The position numbers and the translations under genes are program-made. Positions 35,906-50,402 of a DNA stretch of 64,000 nt are shown here, one piece after another; the stretch's first letter is position 1; every line of letters starts with the position of its first letter. Source of the DNA: Camelus ferus (taxonomy: Eukaryota); assembly GCF_009834535.1 (NCBI RefSeq), contig NC_045696.1, positions 97,652,001 to 97,716,000 on the forward strand, in the 5' to 3' direction. The notes under the pieces are model-generated. The model saw nothing but the letters and a program-made list of their open reading frames with translations. It made no database searches and was not told the DNA's origin.

Positions 35906-36879
35906 GTCATATGATGTACCTGTGGCCCTAGGACCATGCTGTGAATTTGTCCACAGTGATTACTATATTTATTTTGGGCCAAATGGACACCCACTCTGAC
36001 TTCCCAGTGGATCTGCCCTTTTTGGGGTGTTCTTGACCGTTGCTCCTTGCTCTAGCAAACTTTGTTCTTGAGATAGTTACTGCCAACTTGAGGATTTTGG
36101 AAGGTTCTGAGATTGCAAGAGAACTCTCATCAGCCTGGCTTGCTGATTTCCGCATGTTTGAAGAAAGGAGTCCTCACAGGCTGGGCCCATTAAAACTTCG
36201 TGCTGACGTCCACTAGAAGGGCCCTACTACTCAGCAGTCTGTCATCCCCCTGGTTCTCACTCATTCCCCACTGCATTCCACGACTGTTATTACAACCCTT
36301 CCCACGTTCCTGGAGCCCTCCCTCCACTGGCCCACCTCCTTTGCTTCTTACCATCTCTCCTCCCACTTTCTGGAAACAGAAGCCCAAGTTCCTTTGTTCA
36401 TCTTCCTTGCAACTTCATAATATTTTTTTATACCATACTTCCTCTTCAACCTAGATTTTATCGTTATTTTCATTGATTTTTATTATCTTTCCCATCAGAA
36501 GCTTAATTCCCTCACCTGAGCTCTTGTTTCCCCTTCCACGCACCACCTCTGAGACTGTACCATCTACCATTGTCATTCTTCCATGTGCATTTAGTGTTCT
36601 CCCTTTACTCGTTTCTCCACCCTCTTTTCAGAGGTGAGGTACTTACCTTTCTTTCCCTCAATTTTCATTAAGGAAGTTAAAAAAAATCTACCAAGTATAA
36701 CCAATATTTTGTAATAACTTTTAATGGAGCATAACCATACTATGTTGTACTGCAACTAACATAACATTGTAAGTCAACTACACTTCAACACAATCTGCAA
36801 ATTATATAATGAACTTCCCTTTACTTACTCACTAACTTCAGTCATTATCAAAATTTGCCACTTCTGGATTTTTTTCTTG

Positions 36880-37240
36880 GGAACATCTTCCCTCGGCCCT
36901 GCTCCTTCCCTCAGTGACCACCCTACTTCTTGGTTTCCTTTTGTGATTGAGCCCATCTCTTCAATTTCTGGTCCCCTCTGATTTGTTCCTGCCCTGGGCT
37001 CACTAGACAAAGTTCATCAGCAACATTCTGCATGACTGAATCCACTGGCCGTTTCTCAGGTCTTACTCATCTTCGACCTCTGCAGCTTTCCATTCTCCCT
37101 GCTGAGCAGCTGGAGTCCCACTGGCTGTCTGCGCAAGGACTTTGGAAGTTAACAATCTGCAGCTTTCTTCCTTCCTGGGACTTTCAGGGCTACATGGACT
37201 TTCCAAACTTATCACCACATCTAAATCTTTTATCTTAACC
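36880..37240 (+). mobile_element. L2 ORF2 (RT) remnant
   Basis: ctcatcttcgacctctgcagctttc resembles the L2/CR1 'LLDLSAAFD' motif. Confidence 0.45.
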
Positions 37241-38808
37241 TCTGATCCAGAAAAGGAGGTGGAACACTCCTTAAAGTCAGTGACTGTCTCTTCTAGAAAG
37301 ATAAAGTCCTTGACTCTACCTGGTACAGTACCTTCACCGAATGGAAACACCATAAAATATTAACTGATAATGGTGATGATGACAATAATGACTGCCACCT
37401 CCACATAACTATAAAACCTGACTGGTGGAAACGCAAGATAGGATTATTTATTTACTTCTTGAACCCATAGTTTTGATACCCTCTTGGAATAACCATACAG
37501 CTCATTACCAAAGTTTCCAAGGCTGGGATTTCCATGCTCTTGAGGTTCCTGTGTAATTTAGAATGCATTTTTCAATTCAAGTTAACAGTTAAGGGTATCC
37601 ATTCATCACTTGTTCACAGTTGAATTGAAAACTACTCAAGACTGCCCGTAACTAGCAAGGTGGGTTGGGGGGAGGTTTAAGGGGAGGGAGGGGGAAGATC
37701 ATCCTACCTGATATAAGCAGGATATTTTCTACCCATTCCACCCTCTCTCCTGATGCAGGAGGGAACACCTGAAAAATGACATCCCATTGAACACTTTCTG
37801 GCAAACAGTTTAGACAGCTCTGTTTCAGACCAAGGAGACCTCCACCACATCCCTTCCCCCGTGAGCGGACACTTGCTCAGAGTCCCCGAGGGGGCCATGA
37901 TCTCACAGCCACCTTGATCCACAGAGTCCTCCCTCTGCCTGACCCAGGATTCCTCTAGTGTTTTCACTGAATGTGAGTTCCTGGTGACTTCCAGAGCTGC
38001 CCACCAGCCTCCCAGTTCATCTACCAGCTGCAGAGCAAGCAAAGAAAACCCAAAAGACGCCACTAAGTTTCCTGACTGAAGGAATTTATTCTCTGAATTT
38101 TATGCTTTGTTCTTGTGAAGCTATCATCCCACATGGAGGTACCTTCTCAGGATAATGGAGATGTGTGTGTCTTTGAGGCAGGCTTGCCATCAGTTCTTTT
38201 TAGGAACCTTGCTGATATAATGAAAAGAGTCCTTGAGGAGAAGTTCTGGCTTTACTACTTAATAACTGTGGCCCTTGAGAAATTGCTTAACCTCTCAGAG
38301 CTTACGTCACTTCATCTATGAAGTGGAATAATTGGCTATCAAGGGTCAGAGGAGATGAGGTGGGCAGAGGACACGGCACAGAGTAGCTGCTCATTCATCG
38401 TTGTATTCAGTAGACGAGATGGTCAGCCCTGTTCTAGCCGTAGGGATTTGACTGTGAACAACCTTGCTCTCGGGGGATCACACTTAGTGGGAGTCAACCA
38501 CATGGTAGCTCCCTTTCCTGTTTTTCTCTTCCCCTTTTCTCATTCAGAATATCTATAATTATGTCAGATACATAATGTTTTTGAAAAACGGGTGTTCCAG
38601 CCAAACCTAAGTCTGCCTCTCTTTGACAGAGTCAAAGCAAGTAACAGTTTTTTTCCAGAGGAGTAGAAAATAACTTGATTCACTGATTTCCTACCCTTTT
38701 ATTTGTTTATTTATTTTATAAAATAAAATCCAGGTATTTGGCATCATGTAGATCCAACAGTGACTTTTTTTTAAAATTAGCTGAACTTCTTAAGTTTTAT
38801 CAGACATT

Positions 38809-39358
38809 TTAAAAATATTTATTTATTTATTTATTTATTTATTCAATTTTACTGAAGTATAGTCAGTTTACAATGTTGTGTCAATTTCTGGTGTACAGCA
38901 TAAAGTTTCAGTCATACATATATATACATATATTCCTTTTCATATTCTTTTTTCATTATTGGTTACTACAAGATACTGAATAGAGTTTCCTGTGCTATAC
39001 AGTAGAAACTTCTATATCTATTTTATTGGTAGTCACTATCTGCAAATCTCAAACTCCCAATTTATCCCTTCCCACCCGCTTCCCCTCCAGTAACCATATG
39101 CTTGTTTTCTATGTCTGTAAGTCTGTTTCTGTTTTGTAAATAAGTTCATTTGTGTCTTTCTTTCAGATTGCACATGTAAGTGTAATCATATGGTATTTTT
39201 CTTTCTCTTTCTGATTCACTTCACTTAGAATGATGATCTCCAGGTCCATCCATGTTGCTGCAAATAGCATTATTTTATTCTTTTTTTATGCTGAGTAGTA
39301 TTCCATTGTGTGTGTGTGTGTATCTATATATGTCTATATATCTCACAACTTTGTCCAG
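38809..39358 (-). mobile_element. L1 3' end with (TTTA)n tail
   Basis: gaagtatagtcagtttacaatgttgtgtcaatttctggtgtacagc...tccaggtccatccatgttgctgcaaat. TSD ttatcagacatt at 38797-38808 and 39359-39370. Confidence 0.9.
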
Positions 39359-40504
39359 TTATCAGACATTCTGAACAGTCCACACAAAACCAGGGTGTGA
39401 TCAGCCAAGGCACCAGTTTCTAGCATCACACCGTCCCATGCAGGTGTATGCAGGGGACTATTTTTCAGTCCTCAATATGCATTCATATCATCATCTCACT
39501 TGATCCTGCTGGTGAGGTGGCCAGTCAGGTATTATTACAGCCATTTTTTTTTTTTTAAAGATGAGGAACTGAGGCTGGAAAGGTTAAAAAGATTTTGCCA
39601 AATTTCACACAGTCAGCAAGCAACAGAACCAGAATTAAAGTAAACATCCTCTGACCCTTAGACTAGGGCTCTGGCTACTGCCCTGCGGGGGGAAACAGAG
39701 CGTCCATCCTGGGACATCTGTCAGCACGTAACCCCAGCTCCTGGCTGTAAACCACATGACCAAGCTTCCTACTCACTTCGCTTCCTTCTCCTTCACACAC
39801 AGCCCCTGCCCCTGCCCTGCAACCCTAGGTAAAAGTAAGCTGAAGAAATATATATATATTCAAGAGATGGTGAAATAGATATGCAAAGTCAAACTGAGAC
39901 CACTAATTAGGGTCATCACTTCAATCAATATGAGAATTTTAACCTCTGGCGACCATGAAGTAGTGTGGGCCCTGGCTGGTACACCTCCAGATCTTTCAAA
40001 GGAAATTGAAATGCAAAATATTCTAATTTGAGAATGACTGGAAACCAAATAAAAATTTCCAAAAGCAATATGTAGGCAAACAGAACCTGTGTATGAACCT
40101 TGGAATTAGAACCTGAAGTTCTGTCAATGATATATGTTACATTGCCTCCGGCAGCTGTGGATACTGCGTTGACCCAATGTAGAACAACCAAATGTTAAAA
40201 TCAATATCCATCTGAAATTAAGGCTGAAATCAACTATTAGCCTCATAGGGTAAACATCAGGAATACAAAAATAAACCTGAAACTTTGCCAATAAACTTAA
40301 TTATCACTGAAATTTTATTATTTGAACTTTTGTTAGAAGTATGACTAGCATGAGATCAATAAATTATTCAGCACTGTCTGTGGGTGGATACTATCTACTA
40401 TGCTAAATAGATTCTCAGTTTAACTGAAGCTGGTGGAGAAACAAGATGTTTGGGGATACCTCACTGTTATCTCATATTTTCTTTTTTCTTCATAACATTT
40501 CTTT

Positions 40505-41000
40505 TTTTAAAGTACAAATTAAATATGTTTAAAGTGTAAAACATGATGATTTGATATACATATACATAGTGGAAAAATTACTACAGTCAAGCTAATTAAC
40601 ATGTCATGTCCTCATATAGTTACCATTTTTTTTTTTTTTTTGGTCATAAGGGTACCTGAAATCTACTCTCTTAGGAAATTTCTAGTATTCAATACAGTTT
40701 TATTAACTATAGTTATCATATTGTACATCTCTGTTCATCCTCCTTAACTATAACTTTGTACCCTTTGACCAAAATCTCCTTATTTCCCCCACCTACCCAG
40801 CTCCTGGTAACCACCACTCTACCCTCTGTTTCTATGTATTCAACTTTTTAGATTTCACATATAAATGAAATCATGCAGCATTTTTTCTTTCTGTCTCTGG
40901 CTTATTTCACTTAGCATAATGCCCTCCAGATTCATTGATCCTGTTGCAAATGGCAGGAGTTCCTTTTAAATGGCTGAATAATATTCCACTGTAGATATGT
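40505..41000 (-). mobile_element. L1MA-type 3' end
   Basis: tttaaagtgtaaaacatgatgatttgatatac...cctggtaaccaccactctac...ggcttatttcacttagcataatgccctccag. Confidence 0.82.
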
Positions 41001-41587
41001 TCACAATAGCCTAGATATGGAATCATAGCATTATTCTGTGTAGATCAAAGATAATTTATGACAGATGTGGCATGGATTTTAGATATTCTCCTTCCCATAA
41101 CATTTTAAAGTGGTTAAAGTTATCTTTATGCTTTTAATTCATACTCCTTTATGCTTTTAATATGTAAAGAATTTTTACATAGGACTTTTCCTTGAAAGAT
41201 GCATGGCCTGAATGGAATTTAAGTACCCAAAAATGAAATACAATTTTGAAAGTTTATTTTATTTAATTTTACAAAAGTTCAAATACCAACTTTTTCTACA
41301 AAGGTTAGAGTTATTGCACAAATTGTCAACTGATTTCCCTATTGATCTATTTAGTAGTTTTTCATTGTTGTTTTATATAAAATAAACAGCTTTCACAATC
41401 ATAATGAACTATTTTGACATTTTCCCCTTACGAATGTAAATATATACATTTACATTTTAGCTGTTTCAATAGAATGCTGATGAAAAGGGCACATAAGGAG
41501 ATTCTTCATTCCAAGTTATGCCTGGAACGTTTATCTATATTTGAAAGTCAATAGTCAGATACAAGACATCTAAATGACATGACATGC

Positions 41588-42047
41588 TGTGACAGAGTGT
41601 ACTTTCTAAAGATGACTGTATCAATATATATCCCATCCCGCACATTCTTCTCACAATGTGACAAAGATAGGTCAGGTCTATGTTCCTTCCCTTTGAAACT
41701 GAGTAAAAGTGACACAGAAGTTATATCATAAAAGGCAATATGACCCCTGCCTGGTTCTCTCTCTAAGGACTCCTGCCCTTAGAAACCAGCTACTATGTTG
41801 TTAGGAAGCCCACATGTGAATGCTCCAGCCAACAGCTCTGTGCAGTGCTGACAGCCAGCTTCAGCTGCCAGACACATGCATCTACCATCTTCCAATGGAG
41901 GCCCCAGTCATCACGAAGCAGAAATCGCAGAAACTGTCTCCCTGTGCTCTGTCTGAATTCTTGACCCATAGGAAGTATGAGATATAATAAATGATTATTG
42001 TCGTTTTAAGCCGCTAAGTTTTAATATGCAACTAGAGTTACTGGAAC
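41588..42047 (+). mobile_element. MLT1-type MaLR LTR
   Basis: ctaaagatgactg start, gaattcttgacccataggaa...aataaatgattattg..ttttaagcc..actggaaca end. Confidence 0.75.
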
Positions 42048-42063
42048 ACATGCCTTATAAATA

Positions 42064-42232
42064 AGGTTGCCAGATAAAATATAGGATGCCCAGTTAAATC
42101 AGTTTAAGATAAACAATATATTTTTTAGTATAAGTATGTCTCATGCAATTACTCGTTGTTAATCCAAACTTACACTTTAACTGAGCATACAGTAAAAATA
42201 CAGTATTTTTATTTACTAGATCTGGCAACTCT
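42064..42232. mobile_element. MER53 palindromic hAT MITE
   Basis: aggttgccagataaaata...atctggcaactct terminal inverted repeats. Confidence 0.82.
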
Positions 42233-42494
42233 GCTTGCAATATAAACCTATGTGGAATCAGCGTCGTCATAGTCACTGATCACCCACAATGTTGGGGAGG
42301 CCAGAAATGACCCTGCAGACCCAGACACTCAGCCTTCCAAATGCAGAGGTCCAAGTCGCAAAGCAGACTGTGGCTGACTGCGGCTGGAACTGAACCTCCC
42401 TCTGTCCTGTGGCTCATACATTCTCTTTGAGCCCCACGTCCGTCCCTATGAATTGCTTCAATTAGAGTTGACCAATGGCTGCAGGAGACTTTTT

Positions 42495-42636
42495 ATTTTG
42501 GTGATGGGGAGGCAATTAGGTTTATTTATTCATTTTTTTAAGTTTTTTTTTTTTTTTTTAGTGGAGGTACTGGGGATTGAAACCTGGACCTTGTGCATGC
42601 TGAGCACACACTTTACCACTGAGCTATACACTCCCC
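42495..42636 (-). mobile_element. tRNA-derived SINE (Vic-1-like)
   Basis: ggcaattaggtttattt...ggaggtactggggattgaa...accactgagctatacactcccc. Confidence 0.82.
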
Positions 42637-44701
42637 ACCTGACTATTTTTAAATGCGAAAAATACCCTCTTAAAACCACTTCTGATGTAACTGTTGTCCA
42701 TTTCCAGTCACACTATTAAATGAAGTCTCTTTGTCCTTAAATGTCCTTAAATGTTTGAGAAAATGTGACATTGTGGGGCTATAAATTTTAAAATTGTCCT
42801 TTTTCTTTTTTTATGTTTTCCCTTAAGGAGTGGCAGAGGAAACAAAATAATGTCTGGGGATTTGCTTCAAAATAGCCATGGGCGTGGGTGGGTTTAGAGA
42901 CACAGCAGCATGGTCCAGTGCTGGGAATTTGGTGGCTGGGAAGCTGGTGCTGGCTGCATGAGGGGGTCGTTTTCCTGTTCTCTTGACTTTTATATATGTT
43001 TGAATTTTCCCGTGATAAAAAGTTAGAAGGAAGGAAGATATATAGTCCGTTAGTACCATGTCTCACGTGGGACAATCACGGATGTCTTCAGAAATGCGCA
43101 TCTTTCTGTACCTTAGAGAGTACCTGTGTGTGCTTACTTGTGGAGTATTTGGGGAGGGCAGCAGTAGAGAAGGGTTAACTTTGTGGAATGGTGGTGTGTC
43201 AGTATCTTTCAGACTGAAAATTAGTAGTCACTGACATTTAGAGGGCTCCGGGTATTTTTAGGTATGATAATATATTTTCGTTGTGTTTTTAAAGTACTTA
43301 TCTTTTGGAGATGGATACTGAAACCCTCCAGGGGAGAGGGGAAGTAGGTGGGGGTGTGGATGGAAAAATTCTGGTCACGAGTGGATAATAATTAAAGCTG
43401 GGTGATGAATATATCAGTTTAATATAGTATTTTCTTTACGTTTAAATTTTCCAATAATAAAAAGACTTCTGGAATCCAACTGCTCATCTGTGTTTGCTGT
43501 TTGGGGAATCCCAAAGCAGAATGGGGCTGTGTCTGAATACACTGAGAATCAGAATATTGGAATTTAATCAAGGATTCCGGAGTTATGTGTGGATGCAGGT
43601 ACGTGAGGCAGGGCGGGTCTTTGAAAGATATTGTCCGATGGGGTCAGGGAGTTCAGGGGGATTTCAAGCCAAAGGGATGTTATAACTGGAATGTCCATCA
43701 GCTGAGGTTGGGTTACCAGGTATGAGGCAACTGGAAAGGAATGTGAAGTGGAGGAAAACAGCAAGAGGGTCTGGAAATGTATGTGGGAGTTGAAACTTGG
43801 ATATATTCCTTTAGGAGAGCTCAGTGTTTCTGAGGTCATATCTGATGCTATGGAGTGGTTCTTAAAGATTACTTCGTTTGTACTGCTTGAGTCACAGAAT
43901 CCAACAAGTTTCACTTTTCATAAGTTGGGTATCAAGATTTCTGAGGTCTGACACCTGAAAATCAAACACTATGTTTTTGAAATAAACTTCTAAATTTTTT
44001 TTCCATTTTATTGGGGTTGATCTTCTTTCAGTCTTAAATAGTTCATTCAAAGAATATTATTGAACACCTAGTGCATACTAGATACAGACTTGTATGCTGG
44101 AGCTGTATGGTACCTGGTTATAGAGAGTTTAGAGTCTAGTGAGGAAGGCAGAACTCAATCCAACAGTCTCACAAATATAGTTAACACACTAAGGTAAGTG
44201 CTTTGAAGCACAAGGAGCTATTAAAGCATGTGACTTATTCCAGTTGGAAGAATTACCTGAGTAACTGGAATTCACTGGAAGCCATGATTTGGGGGAAAAT
44301 AGAAGGAAAGGCTATAAAGCATCAACAGGAAGTGGAAGCAAGAACTGGTTGCTGGTCTGACTGATCAGAATCCTTGGTTTCTACTCTCTGAAGACAGAAC
44401 AATGAGTTACACAGTGACATGCTCACTCACGTGGAGGGTGAAATTTGTGGGTGAAGCGTTCCAAGGGGATCCATCCAAGGGGATGAAGCCATCTCAGCCA
44501 ACAGGAAAATGTCATCATCTGATACAGTCACTAAATTTGTCCCTCATTGTGGGATCATTTCAGTGGTAGGAACTCAAAAGTTTGAGGCATGTGGTGAACA
44601 GTGCTCATCGCATGCTTGGGTGAAAAGCTATCAGCTCAAAAAAATTATACGAGTAGGTATCTTGTGTTTATGTCCACACAGAACTCATGTGTTGTAACCA
44701 T

Positions 44702-45175
44702 TGGCGGTAGCTTGTCTTAAAGTAAAGATGTCCACCATCAATCAGTTCCTTCCTTCATGTGCATACGTGCCGCCCCCTCACTGACAGGTAGAGTCTGTCC
44801 TTCTTCCTAGAATTTGGGCATGGCTTACAGTTGCTTTGTCATCATAATATGGCAGAAGACATTCTGGGGCATTTCTAGGCTCAGGCTTTAAGATCATTTG
44901 CAGTTTCTGCTTCCCTTCTCTTGGAACCTTAAGTCCCCATGTGAGACATCTAGGCTGCTCTATAAGAGAAAGGGGTCATGTGGAGGAGCACTGAAACACC
45001 AGATAAATCAGAGAAGAAGCTGTCTTGGACAGCCCTTCAGATAACTCAGCACTAACCGCCGTTGCAGGAGAACAAGCCAGCTAGACCAAGTCAACCCCCG
45101 GAACCACAAGAGTTAATATTACATTGTTGTTTTAAGACACTACATTTTAGGGTGGTCAGCAATAGGTAACCAGAA
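44702..45175 (+). mobile_element. MLT1-type MaLR LTR
   Basis: aaagatgtccacca...gtagagtct...ttgttgttttaagacactacattttagggtgg..gcaataggtaaccagaa. Confidence 0.7.
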
Positions 45176-45414
45176 ATTATCTTTAACACCTAGCACCTAC
45201 AAGGAGACAGCTTGTGTTCCACAAATCCTTCTTAAGTCAATTTTTTCTTACTTTAATAAGTTTTTTTGAAAAAGAAACGTGTATATTGATTCTATAAGTG
45301 GAAAACTAGTATAAGTTTTCATAAACTGAAAACCATAAACTTTTTCAAAAAAGCATTACAACTAAATTTTAAAAGTATCTGTTCATGTATCTTTAACATT
45401 ATCTTTGGTAATTG

Positions 45415-45770
45415 AAGGCTAAAATCATAAAGCTTTTAGAGGAAAATATAGAAGGATATCTTCAGAACTTGAGGGTAGGCAAAAGTTTCTTACGTCACAG
45501 AAAGCAAAATCGCAAGAGAAAATTTGCTAAGTTGGCTTTCTAGAGAATTTCAAATTTCTGCTCAACAAGACGCACTCAAGAAAATACATAAGCAAGCTAT
45601 AGGCTGGGAGAAAATATTTGCAAAACATCTACCTGATAAAGGACTTCCATCTAGGCTATGCAAAGAATTCCTACGATTCAATAATAGAAGATAACGAACC
45701 TAATTTAAAAAGACAAAAGCAACACTTCATAAAAGAAGGTATAAGAATGGACAATAAGAACTTGGAAACA
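45415..45770 (+). mobile_element. Old L1 ORF2 3' fragment
   Basis: aagcttttagaggaaaatatagaaggatatctt...ctgggagaaaatatttgcaa...ctgataaaggactt. Confidence 0.7.
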
Positions 45771-48354
45771 GTGAAGGGTTTATTCACTGATTGTACATTC
45801 ACTGAACATTGAACACGTGCTATGTGAATGATTGTGCTACTGAGGGCCTCGCTATTGCCAGGGAAGGCAATTAAACAGATTCATAAAATACAGTATAGTG
45901 AGTGCTATTATAGAGGTAAACGACTGTATAGCTTTTCATGTGTGCATACATACACAAACATCTATATATACATCTATACAGATATACGTGAGTATTAAAA
46001 ATTAGTAATATATGACAATAATGCAATATATAGCAATATATACTATATCACTAATATACATTATATAGTCACAGATTTAAATACAGATTTAGGTTTAAGC
46101 AGATTTATGTGTACCACTAAGGGTAAGGGCCCTTCATACCTTCCTTAAACTTTTATTCAACATTTCCTGAGCACATTAATCAAACCCAAATAACTAAGCA
46201 CTAAGTCATGTAAGGAAATAAAATATTAATACATTAATATAATTGCATTTCTATGACATTCAAGAATAGGCAAAAATCTATTTTATAGAAATAAGAATAA
46301 TGGTTATCTTCGGCACTATTTTGACTGGGACGGAGCTCAGGGGGAAATTCTTTCATGCTAGAATGTTCTAAATATCTTTTTTTAAAAATTTTTGATTTGG
46401 GTGATTACATCCACTTGATTATTTGTGTTTGTAGTAGTGAGTTATACCTCAATAAGAAGTGTAAAAGGACAAATTTGACAAGCTCCTGCCTTAAAGAATA
46501 TTATAATCTAGTTGAAAAAGTAAGGCATGTTGGAACTAACTACAGTAGAAGGCAAGATACATTAAAAGTGGTGGATTTAGGGGACAGCACGGCCAAGAGT
46601 TTGGGCCAAAGGCCTCTACTTCAGGAGGTCTTGGATTTGAAACCAGCTCTTCTTAAGTCAAACTTGAATCGAACTGTTCTCTGTAGAACAAACCAGATCA
46701 TGCCAAAATTCAGTGTGGCTTTTGTAAGGGACACTGGGTAAAATTTGCAGGAAGGAGGGAGTTGTCTTGCATGTGCATATTAGAAGTGTGTGAAATGACA
46801 GTGATTAGGGGAAGACTAAAATTTATTGAGGCTCTATTATGAGCCACAGATAGTCCCATGCACTTGATATTTGCTATCTTGTGTCATTCTCAAAATAACC
46901 ACTGGAAGGTGATATAACCACCCCCATTTTAGAGATGAGAAGACTGAGGCAACAACGTTGCTGCATGGCAGGGCCCGGTTGGTAGGTCTTTTTGATTTCA
47001 ATACCAGTTACCTTGCCTAGACTGTGCATCTCTACCTGGAGGAAATTCCACATAAGTCTTATCTATGGAAGTTGTTGAAAAGTTTCTATGATTTGGTGGT
47101 AGATTCTTAGGATTTTTAAGAATCCTTCTGAGCCTGACCTGACTGATGTTTTCTTTCCTTTGTCTGAGTGTGGGGAGAGATATTTGAGAGCAGAGGGGAT
47201 AAGATAATGGCCATATTGGAATTCAGCTGTGCTCCCTGGGATAACAGCCTGGCACTGGCTCCTCCTTGCTACCCACACCCGTGCTCCCTGGCATTCTGTA
47301 TTATCCAGGTCAGAGCTGCAGGAGGCTCCAGCAGCTATCTGAAAGCTAGAACATTCCCAGATCCTGAAGGAGGCCAAGAGAAACAGTCATGAGGTACAGA
47401 GGGGAGAGGGCCAGCAGAGAGGTGACCTGCTACATTCCCTCAAGCCTCCAACCTGGCAGGAGGCTACCTTCTCTGAGACCACTCCCAAACCACCCAGGGG
47501 GAGCAGACTCCACCCTCAGCCCAAAGGCTTCCCCTGGTGATGTGGGGATGAAGGCATCCCCAGTGAAAAGCTCTGATTCCATCAATCTTCCCCTTAGCTT
47601 TAGATGCCAAGAGCTCAGCTTTGCAACTCCATGGTTTCGACTTCAGAAACCACAGCATTTCTCAGTGCAGAATTGATAAGATCATCCTAGCTTAGGGCTT
47701 GCCCAGGGGACGTGTGTTGGCTATGCTTAAGATATTCCCTGGACACCTCCTACCTCCCTGGGCGGTGTTTTCCTTTCTGAGGGTTTGGCTTCCTGCTCTC
47801 TGCTTTTAGTTGTTTTTTCTCCTCTCTCTCCACAATTAGGCTCAGGAAAGAAAAACACAGAAAGACTCCATCCCAACCTGTGGACGTGGATTCCCCTTGG
47901 GAAGAGTCTCAAAAGGAGGAACTCAATGTTTGTTGACTGAATTAAGTAATGTTACGTTGCCCATCTGGAAAGAGAAGTAAAACTATCATCAAAAGAGCTT
48001 AGAACACCTCTGCAGACCAGGGAAACCAGTGCTGAGCACCCATCCTGTCCCAAGAATTATGTTAAGTGTGTTTGTTCAACTCTCACAAAACTTCTATGAG
48101 GTAATTTCCATTATTTCCATTTTACACATTAAGAAACTGAAATCAAGAAGTTAAATATTTTCCAAGTAACCTCCAGTAGTTCTTTAATCATCTTTTCAGT
48201 CTGTTATATGGTCATTGTTTATTTTTCATTTCTTCTTGGGCCAATATCAGTTACTTGTATTTGCTAGGAAACTTTATTTCCCACAGATTTGAAAAATTTG
48301 CTGCCATTGATTTATACCTTGTATTTGCCTTGGGGCTTATTTTCTTAACTTGGT

Positions 48355-49690
48355 TAATCAATTTATTTGGGGTATAATTTACATATGATAAATTAAGTCT
48401 ACATACCTATTTTAGGCATATAGGTCAACGAGTTATGACAAAGGTAAACACGAGATATATAACCTTTTCATCACTCCAAAAGTTTCCTTTGTTCCTTTGC
48501 AGTCAGCCCCAACTCCTAGCCCTGGGAAACCACTGGTCAGCTAGCTCTCTGTTACTGTAAATGTTGTCTTTTATAGACTTTCATATAAATGGAATCATAC
48601 CATATGGTTTCTTTTGTTTGGTTTGCTTTCCTGAATTTAATGGTTTTAGATTCATCTGTGTTGTTGCAGATATCAGAAGTTTGTTTCTTTTTATTGTCAA
48701 GTGGCATTTCACTGTATGAATATATTGCAATGCATTCATCCTTCTGTTATTTTCAGTTTTTGACTACTATAAATAGGCATTAGTTATCTAGTGCTGTGTA
48801 ACAAATTACCACAAAACTTAGTGATTTAAAAGGGAGACATTCAATATGCCACAGTTTCTGTGGGTCAGGAATTCTGGTCTAGCTTAACTGGAAGCTTCTG
48901 CCTCAAGGTCTCTCACAAAATTGGAGTCAAGCTGTTGGCCAGGCAGCTCATCCCCAAGCTCATGGTTATTGGGAGGATTCAGTTCCTTGTGGGCTCCTGG
49001 ACTGAAATCCTCAGTTCCACACTGGCTATTGGCTAGAGGCCTCCTTCAATTCCTTGTCATGTGGCCTCTTCATTGGGAAGCCCATAACATGCCTACTGGC
49101 TTCATCAGAGCAAACAAGGAAGAGAGCAAGAGAGAGCAGAGAAAATGAACTTGAGTCTTTTGGTACCCTAATCCCAGAAGTGAGACCTTGTCACTTTTGC
49201 CATATTCTCTTTGTTAGGGTAAGTCAGAGGTTCAGCCCACACTCCAGGAGAGGGTGTTAACAAAAGCATGAATTCTAGCAGGTGGGGACCACTGGGATCC
49301 GTGGTAGAGGCTGTCTGCCACAGAATATGACTACTATGAGCTTTTCCATAAAACTCTGTGTGGACGTGTTTTCATACCTAGGAATGGAATTGCTAGGTCC
49401 CGTGGACGTTTTGTAAGAAATTGTCAAGCTATTTTCTCTAGTGGTTGTATCACGCTACACTCCTACCCAGCAATATACAAGAATTCCAGTTTCTCTATGA
49501 GTTTGGCAACACCTTGTACCTTGGGGTTTTAATTTGCATTTCCTTGATAATTAATGGTGTTGAGCATTTTTTAATGTGCTTATTGGCCATTTGTATATCT
49601 CTTCTTTTGTGAAGTATCTGTTCAAATCTTTTAGCCATTTGTTATTCAATTGTCTTCTTATTACTGAATTGCAAGAATTTTTATATATTC
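48355..49690 (-). mobile_element. L1M(B-E) fragment interrupted by an MLT1 LTR (about 48778-49322)
   Basis: tttcatataaatggaatcatac and ttttaatttgcatttccttgat...tggccatttgtatatc (L1). gctgtgtaacaaattaccacaaaacttagtg...cacagtttctgtgggtcaggaat (MLT1). Confidence 0.75.
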
Positions 49691-50402
49691 AAGCTCCAAG
49701 TCATATATATATATACACACATACATACACACACACATACATACATATATACATATACATATATGATTATATGTACTTGCTTTGGGAAATTTTTAAGGAC
49801 AAAATCATGACCCCCAAGGCTGGAGGACATCTCCAGACTATTAGCATGTGGTTACAGGGCTTTTTCTGTAACTTAGCTCTATAGCACCCAGGGCAGCCCT
49901 CTGAGCCACTAGCGCATGCAGCAGAAGGTCTCAGTCTAAAGCAAGCTGAAGGTTACCTTTCTGGCTGCTACTCCAGCCAGTGGTCAAGTCTCTGAGGCCT
50001 TTCACTGACTCTGCTGCTAACTCGTGGCTCCCATCAGGCAGCGTCAATTTCCTCTTCTCTAAAATAGCAGCATCCAGCCCAAGCGTCGGAGGCATCATTA
50101 AATTAACATATCTGAAATCATTAATTCTGAGATTGAGCAAGCTAGTTCACGTGAAGATGAAGATAGTTATGCCTCGTTGGTTTGATTTTTGTTTCCTGTT
50201 TAGTCACCGTTTAACCACAGGGCATTTTGTAATTTTACAAAATGATTGTATGAATCTTAGTCATCCTTCACAAAACATCATTAGATAGAATAACATGGAA
50301 GGGAAGGAGGAGGGGGGAGGGGGGAGGGGAAAGGAAGAAGTGGGGGGAGGCCCCTAAGGGGCTATGTGACTTAGTTAAGTCATAGGATAAGTCAGAACTG
50401 AA

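Noticed and set aside
42064..42232. Hairpin/miRNA candidate
   Set aside because: Explained by MER53 terminal inverted repeats.
44460..44484. Short tandem duplication tccaaggggat x2 (similar case at about 42732-42755)
   Set aside because: Ordinary slippage duplication.
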